Part shown: positions 18,012-27,791 of the stretch, piece after piece
Position numbering within the stretch: position 1 is the first letter of the stretch
Layout: every line of letters begins with the position of its first letter
Source of the DNA: Cyclobacteriaceae bacterium
GTDB taxonomy: Bacteria; Bacteroidota; Bacteroidia; Cytophagales; Cyclobacteriaceae
Assembly: GCA_036771215.1 (NCBI GenBank)
Contig: DAIPHR010000001.1
Coordinates: 1-36,532 of the forward strand
Direction: 5' to 3'
Length of the DNA: 36,532 bases
Notes under the pieces: generated by a model
The model's input: the letters and a program-made list of their open reading frames with translations, nothing else
What the model was told of the DNA's origin: nothing
Database searches by the model: none
Translations under genes and position numbers: made by a program

Positions 18012-19121
18012 ATGGCTACTGTAGTGATCGTAGGCGGAGGTCTGGGCGGGTTACTGGCCGCGCTTCAATTGGCTAAGCAGGGTATTCCCGTAACTCTTTT
18101 TGAACGCAAACAATATCCGTTTCACCGGGTATGCGGTGAGTATATTTCCAATGAAACAGTTCCGTTTTTACGCTCGCTGGGTGTTTACCCGGACGTCTTT
18201 CAGCCTCCCGTGATTCGCGAACTCCAACTCACCTCGGTGAACGGGCGCGCAGTAACCTTGCCCCTCGATCTCGGAGGTTTCGGTATCAGCCGCTTTGCCT
18301 TCGATGCATTCCTCGTGCAGCACGTGAAGGCAGCCGGGGCCACGGTGAAGGAGCAATCGGAAGTAACTCAGGTGACGTTCAACGGGCAGGGATTTCATGT
18401 AATAGCCGAAGGAAAATCCTCGACTGCAGACGTGGTTATTGGCGCGCATGGCAAACGGTCGCGCCTCGATACAACGCTCAACCGCCCGTTTCTCCGAAAG
18501 CGTTCGCCTTATGTGGGGGTCAAATATCACATTCGCTATGATCAGCCCCGCAATCGCATTTCGCTGCATAATTTCGAAAACGGATATTGTGGCATCAGCC
18601 AGGTTGAAGACGGTAAAAGCAATTTATGTTATCTGGTGCACCGTGATGCAGTAAAGAAACATCACCACATTCCCGAGTTGGAGAAGGCCGTGCTTCATCG
18701 GAATCCTTACCTGAAGGAAATTTTTACAAATGCTGAGTTCCTGTTCGATCGCCCGGAGGTGATCAATGAAATTTCGTTTGCTACAAAAGGCCCCCTCGAG
18801 GGCCACGTGCTCATGGGAGGCGATGCCGCAGGCATGATTACGCCCCTGTGCGGAAATGGTATGGCCATGGCCATTCACGCCAGTAAATTATTGGCCGAAG
18901 AAGTGGGCGCGTTTTGCCGAAACGAAATCACCCGCGATCAAATGGAGCAACGCTACGCTACCCGCTGGAACAACCTGTTCGCCAAACGACTATGGGCCGG
19001 CCGGCAAATACAAAACCTGTTCGGTAGCGAATGGGCCTCAAATCTGGCCGTTAACCTGGCGCGGTTCGCGCCCCCCATAGCCAACTTCCTGATACGCCAA
19101 ACGCACGGCCAGCCGTTTTAA
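18012..19121 (+). CDS. NAD(P)/FAD-dependent oxidoreductase (geranylgeranyl reductase/aromatic hydroxylase-like)
   Basis: IVGGGLGG, FERK, RVCGEYIS and GDAAGMITPLCGNGM. Confidence 0.9.
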   Translation: MATVVIVGGGLGGLLAALQLAKQGIPVTLFERKQYPFHRVCGEYISNETVPFLRSLGVYPDVFQPPVIRELQLTSVNGRAVTLPLDLGGFGISRFAFDAFLVQHVKAAGATVKEQSEVTQVTFNGQGFHVIAEGKSSTADVVIGAHGKRSRLDTTLNRPFLRKRSPYVGVKYHIRYDQPRNRISLHNFENGYCGISQVEDGKSNLCYLVHRDAVKKHHHIPELEKAVLHRNPYLKEIFTNAEFLFDRPEVINEISFATKGPLEGHVLMGGDAAGMITPLCGNGMAMAIHASKLLAEEVGAFCRNEITRDQMEQRYATRWNNLFAKRLWAGRQIQNLFGSEWASNLAVNLARFAPPIANFLIRQTHGQPF

Positions 19122-19166
19122 GCCCAATTGGTAGTAATGCAGGTTGCTTGCTACCTTCACCCGACA

Positions 19167-20147
19167 ATGCGCAACAACATGAGTCCTTCACGTAGAGGTT
19201 TTCTGAAACAATTGGGGCTAATCACCTCAGCCGGGTCGTTGGCAGCCTGGGCACAAGCCTGCTCCGGCAATTCCAAAACATCAAATGAAAACGCCATGAC
19301 GGAAACTGCGAATGCCCAGTTCTTTAAAATCTCGTTGGCCGAGTGGTCATTGCACCGGACAATACAGGCCGGTGAGCTTGATCATTTGGATTTTCCGGCA
19401 TTGGCCAAAAATGAGTTTGGCGTTGATGCCGTTGAGTATGTGAATGGGTTTTTCAAGGATAAGGCCAAAGACACCGCTTATTTGTCAGAACTCAAAACGC
19501 GCTGCAACGATGCAGGGGTCATCAGTTTGTTGATCATGTGCGATGGCGAGGGCGATCTGGCTGGTTTGGATCCCACCCAACGAAAGGCGGCTGTGGAAAA
19601 TCATTTCAAATGGGTGGAGGCAGCCGGGTTTTTGGGTTGCCACTCCATTCGGGTGAATTGCTTTGGTTCCGGGACGCGCGAAGAAATGGCTAAAGCGAGT
19701 GCCGAAAGCTTACGAACACTGAGTGAGTTTGCGCAGCCCGTTGGCATTAATGTACTGGTAGAAAATCATGGGGGTTTTTCATCGGACGGCCAATGGTTGA
19801 GCGGAGTGATGCGCGAAGTGGGCATGCCCAATTGCGGCACACTTCCGGATTTTGGAAACTTCTGCATGCGCAGAGAAAAAGGAGACATGTGGGAGTCGCC
19901 TTGTGTGGAGTGGTATGACCGGTACAAGGGCGTAACGGAACTGATGCCCTTTGCCAAAGGCGTGAGCGCAAAGAGCCATGAATTTGATAGCAACGGGAAC
20001 AGCCAGGAAACTGACTATCGAAAAATGCTTCAAATCGTCAAATCAGCCGGGTACACGGGCTACATCGGTGTTGAATATGAAGGTAGTGGATTGCCGGAGC
20101 ATGAAGGCATCCGGGCCACGAAAAAACTACTGGAACGGAGTGTGTGA
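19167..20147 (+). CDS. Tat-exported sugar phosphate isomerase/epimerase (xylose isomerase-like TIM barrel)
   Basis: SRRGFLK twin-arginine motif and a possible lipobox AQAC, plus [20 protein letters not shown] and IGVEYEG. Start could be 19167 or 19179. Confidence 0.85.
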   Translation: MRNNMSPSRRGFLKQLGLITSAGSLAAWAQACSGNSKTSNENAMTETANAQFFKISLAEWSLHRTIQAGELDHLDFPALAKNEFGVDAVEYVNGFFKDKAKDTAYLSELKTRCNDAGVISLLIMCDGEGDLAGLDPTQRKAAVENHFKWVEAAGFLGCHSIRVNCFGSGTREEMAKASAESLRTLSEFAQPVGINVLVENHGGFSSDGQWLSGVMREVGMPNCGTLPDFGNFCMRREKGDMWESPCVEWYDRYKGVTELMPFAKGVSAKSHEFDSNGNSQETDYRKMLQIVKSAGYTGYIGVEYEGSGLPEHEGIRATKKLLERSV

Positions 20148-20192
20148 TTGCGGTACAGCACCGCAACTCGCCAACTAATAATGATCAGTTTC

Positions 20193-20214
20193 TGCCGTGA
20201 TTACCGTCATGGCA
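20193..20214 (+). promoter_or_regulatory. Imperfect palindrome resembling an FNR/CRP-family operator upstream of hsp20
   Basis: TGCCGTGAT-TACC-GTCATGGCA has a TGAT-N4-GTCA core. A -7-like TACATTAG follows at 20234..20241. Confidence 0.35.
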
Positions 20215-20268
20215 ATCGCCCTTCCGGGGATGGTACATTAGTGCCATCAACTAAAAAACGGAGGTTAT

Positions 20269-20706
20269 ATGACATTGATGAAAAGAATGGGATTTCCCAC
20301 CTTGTTGGACAACAAGTGGATGACCGACCTGTTTGACACCGAAAAATTCTTTGATGCCGACTGGCTGAAGAGAATTCAGGCTGTGCCTGCTGTAAACGTA
20401 GTTGAAAAAGACAAAATGTTCGAAATCGAAATGGCTGCTCCCGGTTTGAACAAGAAGGATTTCAACATCACCATTGAAAATGGCGTTTTGACCATTACGG
20501 TTGAAAAAGAAGAAAAACGCGAAGAAAAAGAAGAAAACTTCACCCGTAAGGAGTTCAACTACACCAATTTCATTCGTTCGTTCACTCTTCCGGAAAACGT
20601 GAAGACAGAAAAAGTAGATGCCATCTATGAAAATGGATTGCTGAAGCTGTTACTGCCGAAGGAAGTGGAAACCAAAGTAAAACCGAAGGCTATTGAAGTT
20701 CACTAA
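20269..20706 (+). CDS. Hsp20/alpha-crystallin small heat shock protein
   Basis: PAVNVVE, AAPGLNKKDF, RKEFNYTNFIRSFTLP and AIYENGLLKLLLPK. Confidence 0.95.
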   Translation: MTLMKRMGFPTLLDNKWMTDLFDTEKFFDADWLKRIQAVPAVNVVEKDKMFEIEMAAPGLNKKDFNITIENGVLTITVEKEEKREEKEENFTRKEFNYTNFIRSFTLPENVKTEKVDAIYENGLLKLLLPKEVETKVKPKAIEVH

Positions 20707-20810
20707 GTTGGGTTAGGTTGACTTGGCGGTTGTAACGGGATGCTTTTCTTTAAGGCTCTTTAGAACCTGCAGCGGACAAGTGAACGTCACCGAAAACTCC
20801 GCCAAAAACC

Positions 20811-20840
20811 AAAAAGCCTCGCCTCCTGGCGGGGCTTTTT
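20811..20840. terminator. Bidirectional intrinsic terminator between convergent hsp20 and the UbiA gene
   Basis: AAAAAGCCTCGCC-tcct-GGCGGGGCTTTTT hairpin flanked by A5 and T5. Confidence 0.85.
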
Positions 20841-20851
20841 CATGGCACCCA

Positions 20852-21733
20852 TTACAATTGGTTGATGTGGCTGGTCTCCCAAAACAACCAGAAAAAGAAC
20901 CCATTTAAGCAAGTGGCTGACAAAAAATTCAGCCACATGGTATTTCGGTAGTTGGCCACTTCTTCATTTCGCCACACGCGGTAGAACCATATCAGGAAGA
21001 ACACAACCACCGGGAACAGGGCTATCAAAAAGTACATCGCAAATCGCGACTCAAAAAAAGTGTAGAAATACGCACCATACAAAACCGAAGCCAGGGAAAA
21101 AATGCCCATCACCAGGCCAAACGTACCGCGCACGCCCAGCTGTAGGCTAAGGGTGGCATCGCCCCGCTTCGCATCTTCTGCGTGTTGATACACCTGCGTC
21201 ATTGGGTAAGTGCCCAACAACATCAGCGAGGCCAATGCCCCCGGAATCAAAACTTTTGTCTGAACTAAATTTTCGACCGGCAAGGCATTGATTCCGGCAT
21301 AGCACATGACGAAGGTGAATATGCCCTGAAAGAATGCGACCCACAACCAGCCGGCTATGGGGTACTTCTTTAAACGCACGGCCGGATGGCTATAGGCTTT
21401 CGATGCCAAACCATAGAGGAGTATCATGACGGCAAAAATGCTGTTCACTTTCCACCAGGCCAGGCCAACCGCCACCAAATCCAGTAGCCAGGCCGCCACA
21501 AACAACGATCGGTTCACGGGTGGCGGGTTTTTTAGTCCACCAATGCTGCCTTCGTCCTTATCGAAATAGCTGTTGTATCCATTGCTGGCCGGATACACCA
21601 GCAGGTGAATGATAACAAACGACCAAAGCAGGCGATCGCCACTCAGGTTTGGCGAAATAGCCAGTGCAAAAAAATACACCGGCATCAAAAACCAGGAAAA
21701 CAAAAACCGCAGATGAAGAATGGTTGAGCGCAT
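20852..21733 (-). CDS. UbiA family prenyltransferase (polytopic membrane protein)
   Basis: Multiple TM helices, first motif NGYNSYFDKDEG, AYSHPAVRLKK and second motif TQVYQHAEDAKRGD. ATG 21733 preferred because 21784 would overlap the PKS start. Confidence 0.88.
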   Translation of the reverse strand: MRSTILHLRFLFSWFLMPVYFFALAISPNLSGDRLLWSFVIIHLLVYPASNGYNSYFDKDEGSIGGLKNPPPVNRSLFVAAWLLDLVAVGLAWWKVNSIFAVMILLYGLASKAYSHPAVRLKKYPIAGWLWVAFFQGIFTFVMCYAGINALPVENLVQTKVLIPGALASLMLLGTYPMTQVYQHAEDAKRGDATLSLQLGVRGTFGLVMGIFSLASVLYGAYFYTFFESRFAMYFLIALFPVVVFFLIWFYRVWRNEEVANYRNTMWLNFLSATCLNGFFFWLFWETSHINQL

Positions 21734-21783
21734 GACACTGAACGAAAACGTCAATTTATGGTTTTTATGGTATACTTGACCCA

Positions 21784-22878
21784 ATGAGTTATATCACCGC
21801 CATCGGCACGGCCAATCCGCCACACCGGCACAGCCAGCAACAAATTGCCGACTTCATGGTGAAGGCCACCCAACGTAAAGGAGATGATGCGCGCAAACTG
21901 AAAACGCTTTACCGCGCCACCGGCATCGAGCATCGGTACTCCGTGCTGGCCGACTATGGGCGATCATTCGACTTCTCGTTTTATTCCAACACGGAAGACC
22001 TTGAGCCTTTTCCCTCCACACGAAAACGCCTCGAATTGTATCGCACGCATGCCCTGAAACTCAGCCTCGATGCCGTACAGCAATGCCTGGGAACACGATC
22101 AACCGATGAAATCACGCACCTGATTGTGGTGAGCTGCACCGGCATGTACGCGCCCGGATTGGACATTGACCTTGTAAATGCCCTGGGCCTCAGCCGGCAA
22201 GTTGAGCGGCTTTGCATAAACTTCATGGGATGTTACGCGGCCATTAATGCGCTTCGGCAGGCCGATACGATTTGTCGCGCAGAACCGGACGCCTCGGTGC
22301 TGGTCGTTTGCACCGAACTCTGCAGCATTCACTTTCAAAAAGAAGCAACCGAAGACAACCTGCTGGCCAATGCTCTTTTTGCCGATGGCTCGGCTGCCTT
22401 ATTGGTAAGCGGCCGTCCGGATCGTGGACTCAACCTAAAACCGGTAAGCTTCTTCTGCGATCTGGCCCCGGCAGCTGAGCAAGATATGGCCTGGACGGTG
22501 GGCGACCTCGGGTTCGAAATGAAACTTTCTACCTACGTACCGGATGTCATCCGGCAGGGGATAAAAAGTCTGACTCATCGGCTACTGGAAAAAATCGGGC
22601 TGAGTCAACATCAAATTGACTATTACGCCATACATCCGGGAGGAAAAAAAATTATCGAATCCATTGAAACGGAGCTGGGCTTAACGCGGAAGGATACTCA
22701 GCACTCCTATGAAGTCTTAAAGAACTACGGTAACATGTCTTCGCCAACGGTTGTGTTTGTGCTTCAGCAGCTTAGCCAGCAAATCAACGGTATTGATGAT
22801 GGACAAAACATTCTCAGCTTCGCCTTCGGCCCCGGTCTTACACTGGAGAGCATGATACTTAAAATCGAAAACCACTGA
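21784..22878 (+). CDS. Type III polyketide synthase (chalcone synthase-like)
   Basis: Catalytic triad in FMGCYA (Cys), IHPGG (His) and YGNMSS (Asn), plus ELCSIH, LFADG and AFGPGL. Confidence 0.95.
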   Translation: MSYITAIGTANPPHRHSQQQIADFMVKATQRKGDDARKLKTLYRATGIEHRYSVLADYGRSFDFSFYSNTEDLEPFPSTRKRLELYRTHALKLSLDAVQQCLGTRSTDEITHLIVVSCTGMYAPGLDIDLVNALGLSRQVERLCINFMGCYAAINALRQADTICRAEPDASVLVVCTELCSIHFQKEATEDNLLANALFADGSAALLVSGRPDRGLNLKPVSFFCDLAPAAEQDMAWTVGDLGFEMKLSTYVPDVIRQGIKSLTHRLLEKIGLSQHQIDYYAIHPGGKKIIESIETELGLTRKDTQHSYEVLKNYGNMSSPTVVFVLQQLSQQINGIDDGQNILSFAFGPGLTLESMILKIENH

Positions 22879-23582
22879 TGGATTTCGCAGAACGCAGTGC
22901 CGATGTTGAGATCATGGATGATCTGGATTGCCAGGGTGAAGTGGTTGACCAAACCCTGCGGGAACTCGATTTCATTAACAAATGGCTCGGTGGAAATGCG
23001 GTCACCCTTGAAGCTCTCAAAAGAGTATTGCCGGATTGTGGACCGACCATACGCCTGGCGGACCTGGGTTGTGGAAGCGGAGATATGCTGAGGCGCGTGA
23101 GTGTGTTGGCGCGCGCACGTGGAATTAAGGCGGAGCTGACCGGCTTTGATGCCAACCCGCACATCGTTGCGTTCGCCCGCAACCATTCCCGAGGCTATCC
23201 GGAAATTCGATTCGAGCCCGTGAATATCTTCTCGGACGAATTCAAACAACTCACTTTTGATTTGGTGACAGCCACCTTATTCTTCCACCATTTTTCCAAT
23301 GACCAGCTGATTCACTTCTTTCGCCAATTGCGGAACCAGACGCGTGTCGCCATCATTGTTAATGACATACACCGTCATCCACTGGCGTACTACTCCATTA
23401 AATGGCTTACAACCGTCTTATCGAAATCATCTATGGTTCGGTTTGATGCCCCCTTGTCTGTGCGCAGGGCTTTTACGCGGGCAGAACTCGAGCATATTAT
23501 GGCGGAAGCCGGCATAACTACCTACCATTTGCGCTGGAAATGGGCCTTTCGATGGCAACTCATCATCCGCGCGGGTCAGTAA
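22878..23582 (+). CDS. Class I SAM-dependent methyltransferase, translationally coupled to the PKS
   Basis: EIMDD, INKWLGG, SAM motif DLGCGSGD, FFHHF and NDIHR. TGATG overlap with the PKS stop. Confidence 0.9.
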   Translation: MDFAERSADVEIMDDLDCQGEVVDQTLRELDFINKWLGGNAVTLEALKRVLPDCGPTIRLADLGCGSGDMLRRVSVLARARGIKAELTGFDANPHIVAFARNHSRGYPEIRFEPVNIFSDEFKQLTFDLVTATLFFHHFSNDQLIHFFRQLRNQTRVAIIVNDIHRHPLAYYSIKWLTTVLSKSSMVRFDAPLSVRRAFTRAELEHIMAEAGITTYHLRWKWAFRWQLIIRAGQ

Positions 23583-23638
23583 CCATACCCTTACTTTGGC
23601 ACAATTTTTATACTTTCACAGTCAATAAAATCTTCAAT

Positions 23639-24184
23639 ATGAAAATCTGGACAGGTATAGCCATGGTGGCCTTGATGGTGGGTTGCTCATCTTCGCCCTT
23701 CGGCAAGAAAGTAAATGAACCCTTTACCGGCTCGGCTTACGAATCGAATAATCGCTTTTTCAGGGCTTCGGGCAAAGGCACCAGCTCACAGGATAACATT
23801 GCCCGGGGCAAGGCCGACATTGATGCCAAAACTATTCTGGCGGGCCAAATCAACACCACCATGAAACAGGTAGCTGACCAATACCTCGGCCAAACGGAGA
23901 ACGAGCGGGCCGCTGATGTGGCCGATAAGTTTCAGAGCCTGGCCCGGCAGGTGATGAATACCGATATGGCCGACCTGCGCAAGATTGGTGAGAAAAAATA
24001 CTACAACGAAAAAACAAAAGAGTATACCGTGTTTATGGCATATGAGATTAAAAAGAACGCCATGTTCCGGTTCATGAAAAAGCAGGCCAAGGTTGACCAA
24101 ACCATCAACGAGCGCCAAATGGATCTGATTAATAAGATTTTGGACGAGCAGATTAAGGAGACCGAGGACGAAGGGGGTGAGTAA
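23639..24184 (+). CDS. Hypothetical lipoprotein (LPP20-like helical)
   Basis: ATG 23639 gives MKIWTGIAMVALMVG-C lipobox. RASGKG...IARGKADIDAKTILAGQI pattern. Confidence 0.7.
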   Translation: MKIWTGIAMVALMVGCSSSPFGKKVNEPFTGSAYESNNRFFRASGKGTSSQDNIARGKADIDAKTILAGQINTTMKQVADQYLGQTENERAADVADKFQSLARQVMNTDMADLRKIGEKKYYNEKTKEYTVFMAYEIKKNAMFRFMKKQAKVDQTINERQMDLINKILDEQIKETEDEGGE

Positions 24185-24214
24185 AGTTATCTATCGTCTA
24201 GATGATATCTGGTA

Positions 24215-25567
24215 ATGGTGCGGCTAGTCTTCCTGTTGTCTATACTCGTACACGTGGCTCAGGCCACCCATCTGCGAGGCGGTTATATTTCAGTAAAACG
24301 GATCTCCCCTGAATCTCTCACCTGCAAAATTAAGGTGACCGTTTTTGTCAACACCAGATCCCCCATCAATTTTGGTGGAGAAGGAGAACTACGTTTTGGT
24401 GACGGCACCTCGATGATCGTTCCGGAATTAAGCTCAACCCCTCGGCCGGATCTGGGGCCTGGTGTAGGTTGGGTGGAATTCACAATTGACCACCAATTTT
24501 TACGTGAAGGAGGCTACCTGATCACGTACACCGAACCAAACAGGAATGCTGGAATTATCAATATGAGTAATTCCGTTGATACACGGTTTCACCTTGAGTC
24601 ATACATTCTGCTCGATAGTCAAAAACCGGCAGCTATTGACCCAGTCAATCCGTTGGGCTTTCAATCTATCTTTCAGTCTTCTATCTCATTTTCTGTAGGC
24701 GCACATGATTCCTCTGACTACCGGCTTCAATACAGCTTGATAACCCCAAAGCAGTCGCTAGGTCGGCCCGTAGTTCAATACTCAGTGCCAGCCGGAGTTT
24801 CGTTGAATCCTTTTAACGGTCTTTTTTCATGGATCTTCCCACCCAACAACACTTTCGTAGGCGAATATGCCTTTGCTGTTCGGGTCGAAGCCTACGATCA
24901 ACAAGATAAACTAAGGGGGTTTAACGTATTTGACTTTCAGGTCATGGTCATTGACGCGGTGGCTGGGGTGGCTGGTAATGTCAGCATTTCGGATAACCGG
25001 AATTTAGACGAAAACAATCGGATCTACACTGCAACTGAGGAATCGATCTCCATTACCTTTCAGATCTCCCCTCCCCCATTTACCGTAGATAGTTGGAAGC
25101 TTAGCTTGCACACCTTCCTGCCAGCTGAAAACGCTTCTCTTACAATTTCAGAAACATCTACGTCCAGGGTTGGTTTGCTTCGACTAAAAAACACTCCTTC
25201 AATCCAGAGAGCAAATCCTTATCTGGTAGTTGTTCGCGCGAGCATCTCGGGTTTCGTTTATGACATCCCCTATATGTTTTTTACCCAGGATACCGATTAC
25301 AACAATGTCATCCCATTTCCGGAGGACATGTTTGAACTTGAGAATCCACCTGAGAGATTGCTATTGTACCCCAATCCCACGGATGGGTTTTTGACGTTTC
25401 AGGACCTTACAGGCCAGTCAGCCAGGTTTTCAATATTGAAATTGACAGGTGAGGAAATTGCGTCTGGGCAAATTGAATGGTCCAGTACCCTCGACTTATG
25501 GAGCCTGGCCCCTGGAATGTACATTGTTCGGATAAACGATGAATCCTTCCGAATCGTCAAGAAGTAG
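24215..25567 (+). CDS. T9SS type A sorting domain-containing secreted protein
   Basis: Signal peptide followed by ATHLRGG, FGDG and EPNRNAGI. C-terminal LYPNPTDG...LAPGMYIVRI...RIVKK. Confidence 0.85.
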   Translation: MVRLVFLLSILVHVAQATHLRGGYISVKRISPESLTCKIKVTVFVNTRSPINFGGEGELRFGDGTSMIVPELSSTPRPDLGPGVGWVEFTIDHQFLREGGYLITYTEPNRNAGIINMSNSVDTRFHLESYILLDSQKPAAIDPVNPLGFQSIFQSSISFSVGAHDSSDYRLQYSLITPKQSLGRPVVQYSVPAGVSLNPFNGLFSWIFPPNNTFVGEYAFAVRVEAYDQQDKLRGFNVFDFQVMVIDAVAGVAGNVSISDNRNLDENNRIYTATEESISITFQISPPPFTVDSWKLSLHTFLPAENASLTISETSTSRVGLLRLKNTPSIQRANPYLVVVRASISGFVYDIPYMFFTQDTDYNNVIPFPEDMFELENPPERLLLYPNPTDGFLTFQDLTGQSARFSILKLTGEEIASGQIEWSSTLDLWSLAPGMYIVRINDESFRIVKK

Positions 25568-25590
25568 ACCGCTTTGCGTCAACACAAGCC

Positions 25591-26658
25591 TTACTTACCT
25601 TCCGCCATTTTTTCAGCCGCCTCGGCAATCTTCAGCTGCTCGATAAAGTCATCGATCTCCCCGTTCAGGATGGCGGGCAGGTTGTGTTGCGTGTACCCGA
25701 TGCGGTGATCCGTAACCCGGCTTTGCGGATAGTTGTACGTGCGAATCTTTTCGGAGCGGTCGCCACTGCGCACCTGGCTCCTGCGCGAAGCGCCAATGGC
25801 AGCCTGCTGCTTCTCTACTTCAATTTCGTAAAGCTTGGTGCGCAGCATCTGTAAAGCCCGCTCACGGTTGCCGTGTTGCGAGCGCTCGACCTGGCACACG
25901 ACTACAATGCCGGAGGGCTTGTGCGTTAACTGCACTTTCGTCTCCACCTTATTCACGTTCTGTCCGCCCGCCCCACTGCTTCGGGCGGTTTGGAACTCCA
26001 GGTCAGCCGGGTTCAGTTGCACATCCACCTCCTCGGCTTCGGGCAACACCACTACCGAGGCTGCCGAAGTGTGCACGCGGCCCTGTTGTTCGGTGGCCGG
26101 TACACGCTGCACGCGGTGCACACCCGATTCATACTTAAAAATGCCAAAGGCGCCCTCGCCTTCCACCGTGCTGATGATTTCCTTATAACCTCCGGCAGTG
26201 CCTTCGGTAAAATCCATTACAATCATTTTGAGCCCCCTGCGATCGCAGAAGCGCTGGTACATGCGATACAAGTCTCCTGCAAAGATGGCCGCTTCATCTC
26301 CTCCGGTACCCGCCCGAATTTCCACAATGCAATTCTTGTCGTCATTGGGGTCACGGGGCATCAGCAGTTCTTTCAGCTCCTGCTCCAGCCGATCGCGTTT
26401 GGGCGTAAGTTCATCCAGTTCCATCTTGGCGAGCTCACGCATCTCCGCATCTTTTTCCTGCTCCAATACCTCTTTGGCGTGCTGAACCCCGTCTAAGGCT
26501 CTGCGGTACTCATCGTACTTTCGCACCACCTTCTCCAGGTCTTTGTATTCTTTGCTTAATTGAGAAAACCTTTTGATGTCACTGACCGTGTCGGGTTGCA
26601 CGATCAATTGACCCACTTCCTCAAAGCGATGCTTGATTTCTTCCAGCTTCTCAATCAT
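25591..26658 (-). CDS. prfA: Peptide chain release factor 1
   Basis: [24 protein letters not shown] (PxT), GAGGQ and [12 protein letters not shown]. Confidence 0.97.
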   Translation of the reverse strand: MIEKLEEIKHRFEEVGQLIVQPDTVSDIKRFSQLSKEYKDLEKVVRKYDEYRRALDGVQHAKEVLEQEKDAEMRELAKMELDELTPKRDRLEQELKELLMPRDPNDDKNCIVEIRAGTGGDEAAIFAGDLYRMYQRFCDRRGLKMIVMDFTEGTAGGYKEIISTVEGEGAFGIFKYESGVHRVQRVPATEQQGRVHTSAASVVVLPEAEEVDVQLNPADLEFQTARSSGAGGQNVNKVETKVQLTHKPSGIVVVCQVERSQHGNRERALQMLRTKLYEIEVEKQQAAIGASRRSQVRSGDRSEKIRTYNYPQSRVTDHRIGYTQHNLPAILNGEIDDFIEQLKIAEAAEKMAEGK

Positions 26659-26668
26659 AACAGGGCGG

Positions 26669-26725
26669 CAAAGTTAAAAATTTGCCCCAATCCTGACGGA
26701 CTCCAGACTGCCAACCGTAGCTTTG
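26669..26725. promoter_or_regulatory. Back-to-back -7 elements for prfA (minus, TAACTTTG 26669..26676) and GT4 (plus, TAGCTTTG 26718..26725)
   Basis: Both are exact TAnnTTTG matches, 10 nt and 4 nt before the respective ATGs. Confidence 0.6.
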
Positions 26726-26729
26726 TCCC

Positions 26730-27791
26730 ATGCATCGGGTGATTTTTGACGGATCTCACTTGCGCTACCTGCAAACGGGGATAGGCCAGTTTTGCCATCA
26801 GCTGTTAACATGTTACCAGACGCTGCCGCTAGCCGACTTTGAAGTTGAAGCGCTGGTGCATCCGCGCGGGGCTGCCGATGTGCCCGCCACAAAGTTGTTG
26901 AACACATGGGTGAGGCGATATGGAGGCCCCGCTCGCCATTTCCTTTTCCCGGCTTCTGATTTATGGCATGTCACAGCCGAACACCGGTTCCATACGCCCG
27001 TGCGCACGCGCCATGTGTTGCTGACCCTTCATGGTCTGCATTTTTTAAATGAAGCCTTTTCGGATGCCCAAAAAAGGAAAAAGCTAGAGGCCGTTCAACG
27101 CCTGGTCGACCGGTCAGATGCCGTAGCAACGATTTCCCACCACACACTCCATTTCGCTCAACAGCATCTTAACCTATCCGGTAAAAGGCAGCAAGTGATT
27201 CACATTGGGTTTAATCCCACTTCGGCTGAACCCGTTAACCCCGGCCTTGTGCGTGGCCCCTTTCTTTTTTTTGTTGGTTCCTTTTTCGAGCGAAAGAACG
27301 TACATGTACTGTTGCCCTTGGTCCGTCAATATCCGCAGTTGTCACTTGTGCTGGCCGGAAATCACAACACGGCTTATGGTGAAAGGGTGAAGTCGATGAT
27401 TCAGGAACAACGGCTCGACCAGCAGATAATTCTGCCGGGCGAAATTTCGGAAAACGCCAAAGTTTGGCTGTACCAACATTGCGAGGCGTTTGTCTTTCCC
27501 TCGCTTGATGAAGGTTTCGGTATTCCGATACTGGAAGCGCTGTGGTACGGGAAGCCCGTCTTCACCTCCAACCGTGCCAGCCTGCCTGAAGTAGCCGGGC
27601 CGTTTGCTCACTATTGGCATTCGTTTGAGGATGATCACATCATTTCGGTGTTCGAAAAGGGACGTCAGGAAATCGAGGAGCCGGATTATGGAAGGCGACA
27701 AAAAGCAAAACAGTACGCAGCTCAGTTTACCTGGTCAAATACTGCTCAACATTATGTAAACTTGTATCGTCAACTGATGGCTCAATCATGA
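26730..27791 (+). CDS. Glycosyltransferase family 4 (GT-B)
   Basis: TGIGQF, FVGSFFERKN, FVFPSLDEGFGIPILEA and SLPEVAG. Confidence 0.92.
   Translation: MHRVIFDGSHLRYLQTGIGQFCHQLLTCYQTLPLADFEVEALVHPRGAADVPATKLLNTWVRRYGGPARHFLFPASDLWHVTAEHRFHTPVRTRHVLLTLHGLHFLNEAFSDAQKRKKLEAVQRLVDRSDAVATISHHTLHFAQQHLNLSGKRQQVIHIGFNPTSAEPVNPGLVRGPFLFFVGSFFERKNVHVLLPLVRQYPQLSLVLAGNHNTAYGERVKSMIQEQRLDQQIILPGEISENAKVWLYQHCEAFVFPSLDEGFGIPILEALWYGKPVFTSNRASLPEVAGPFAHYWHSFEDDHIISVFEKGRQEIEEPDYGRRQKAKQYAAQFTWSNTAQHYVNLYRQLMAQS

Noticed and set aside
23595..23612. TTGGCAC sigma-54-like site upstream of the 23639 lipoprotein
   Set aside because: The -24 half matches but the -12 position reads AT rather than GC; too weak to call.
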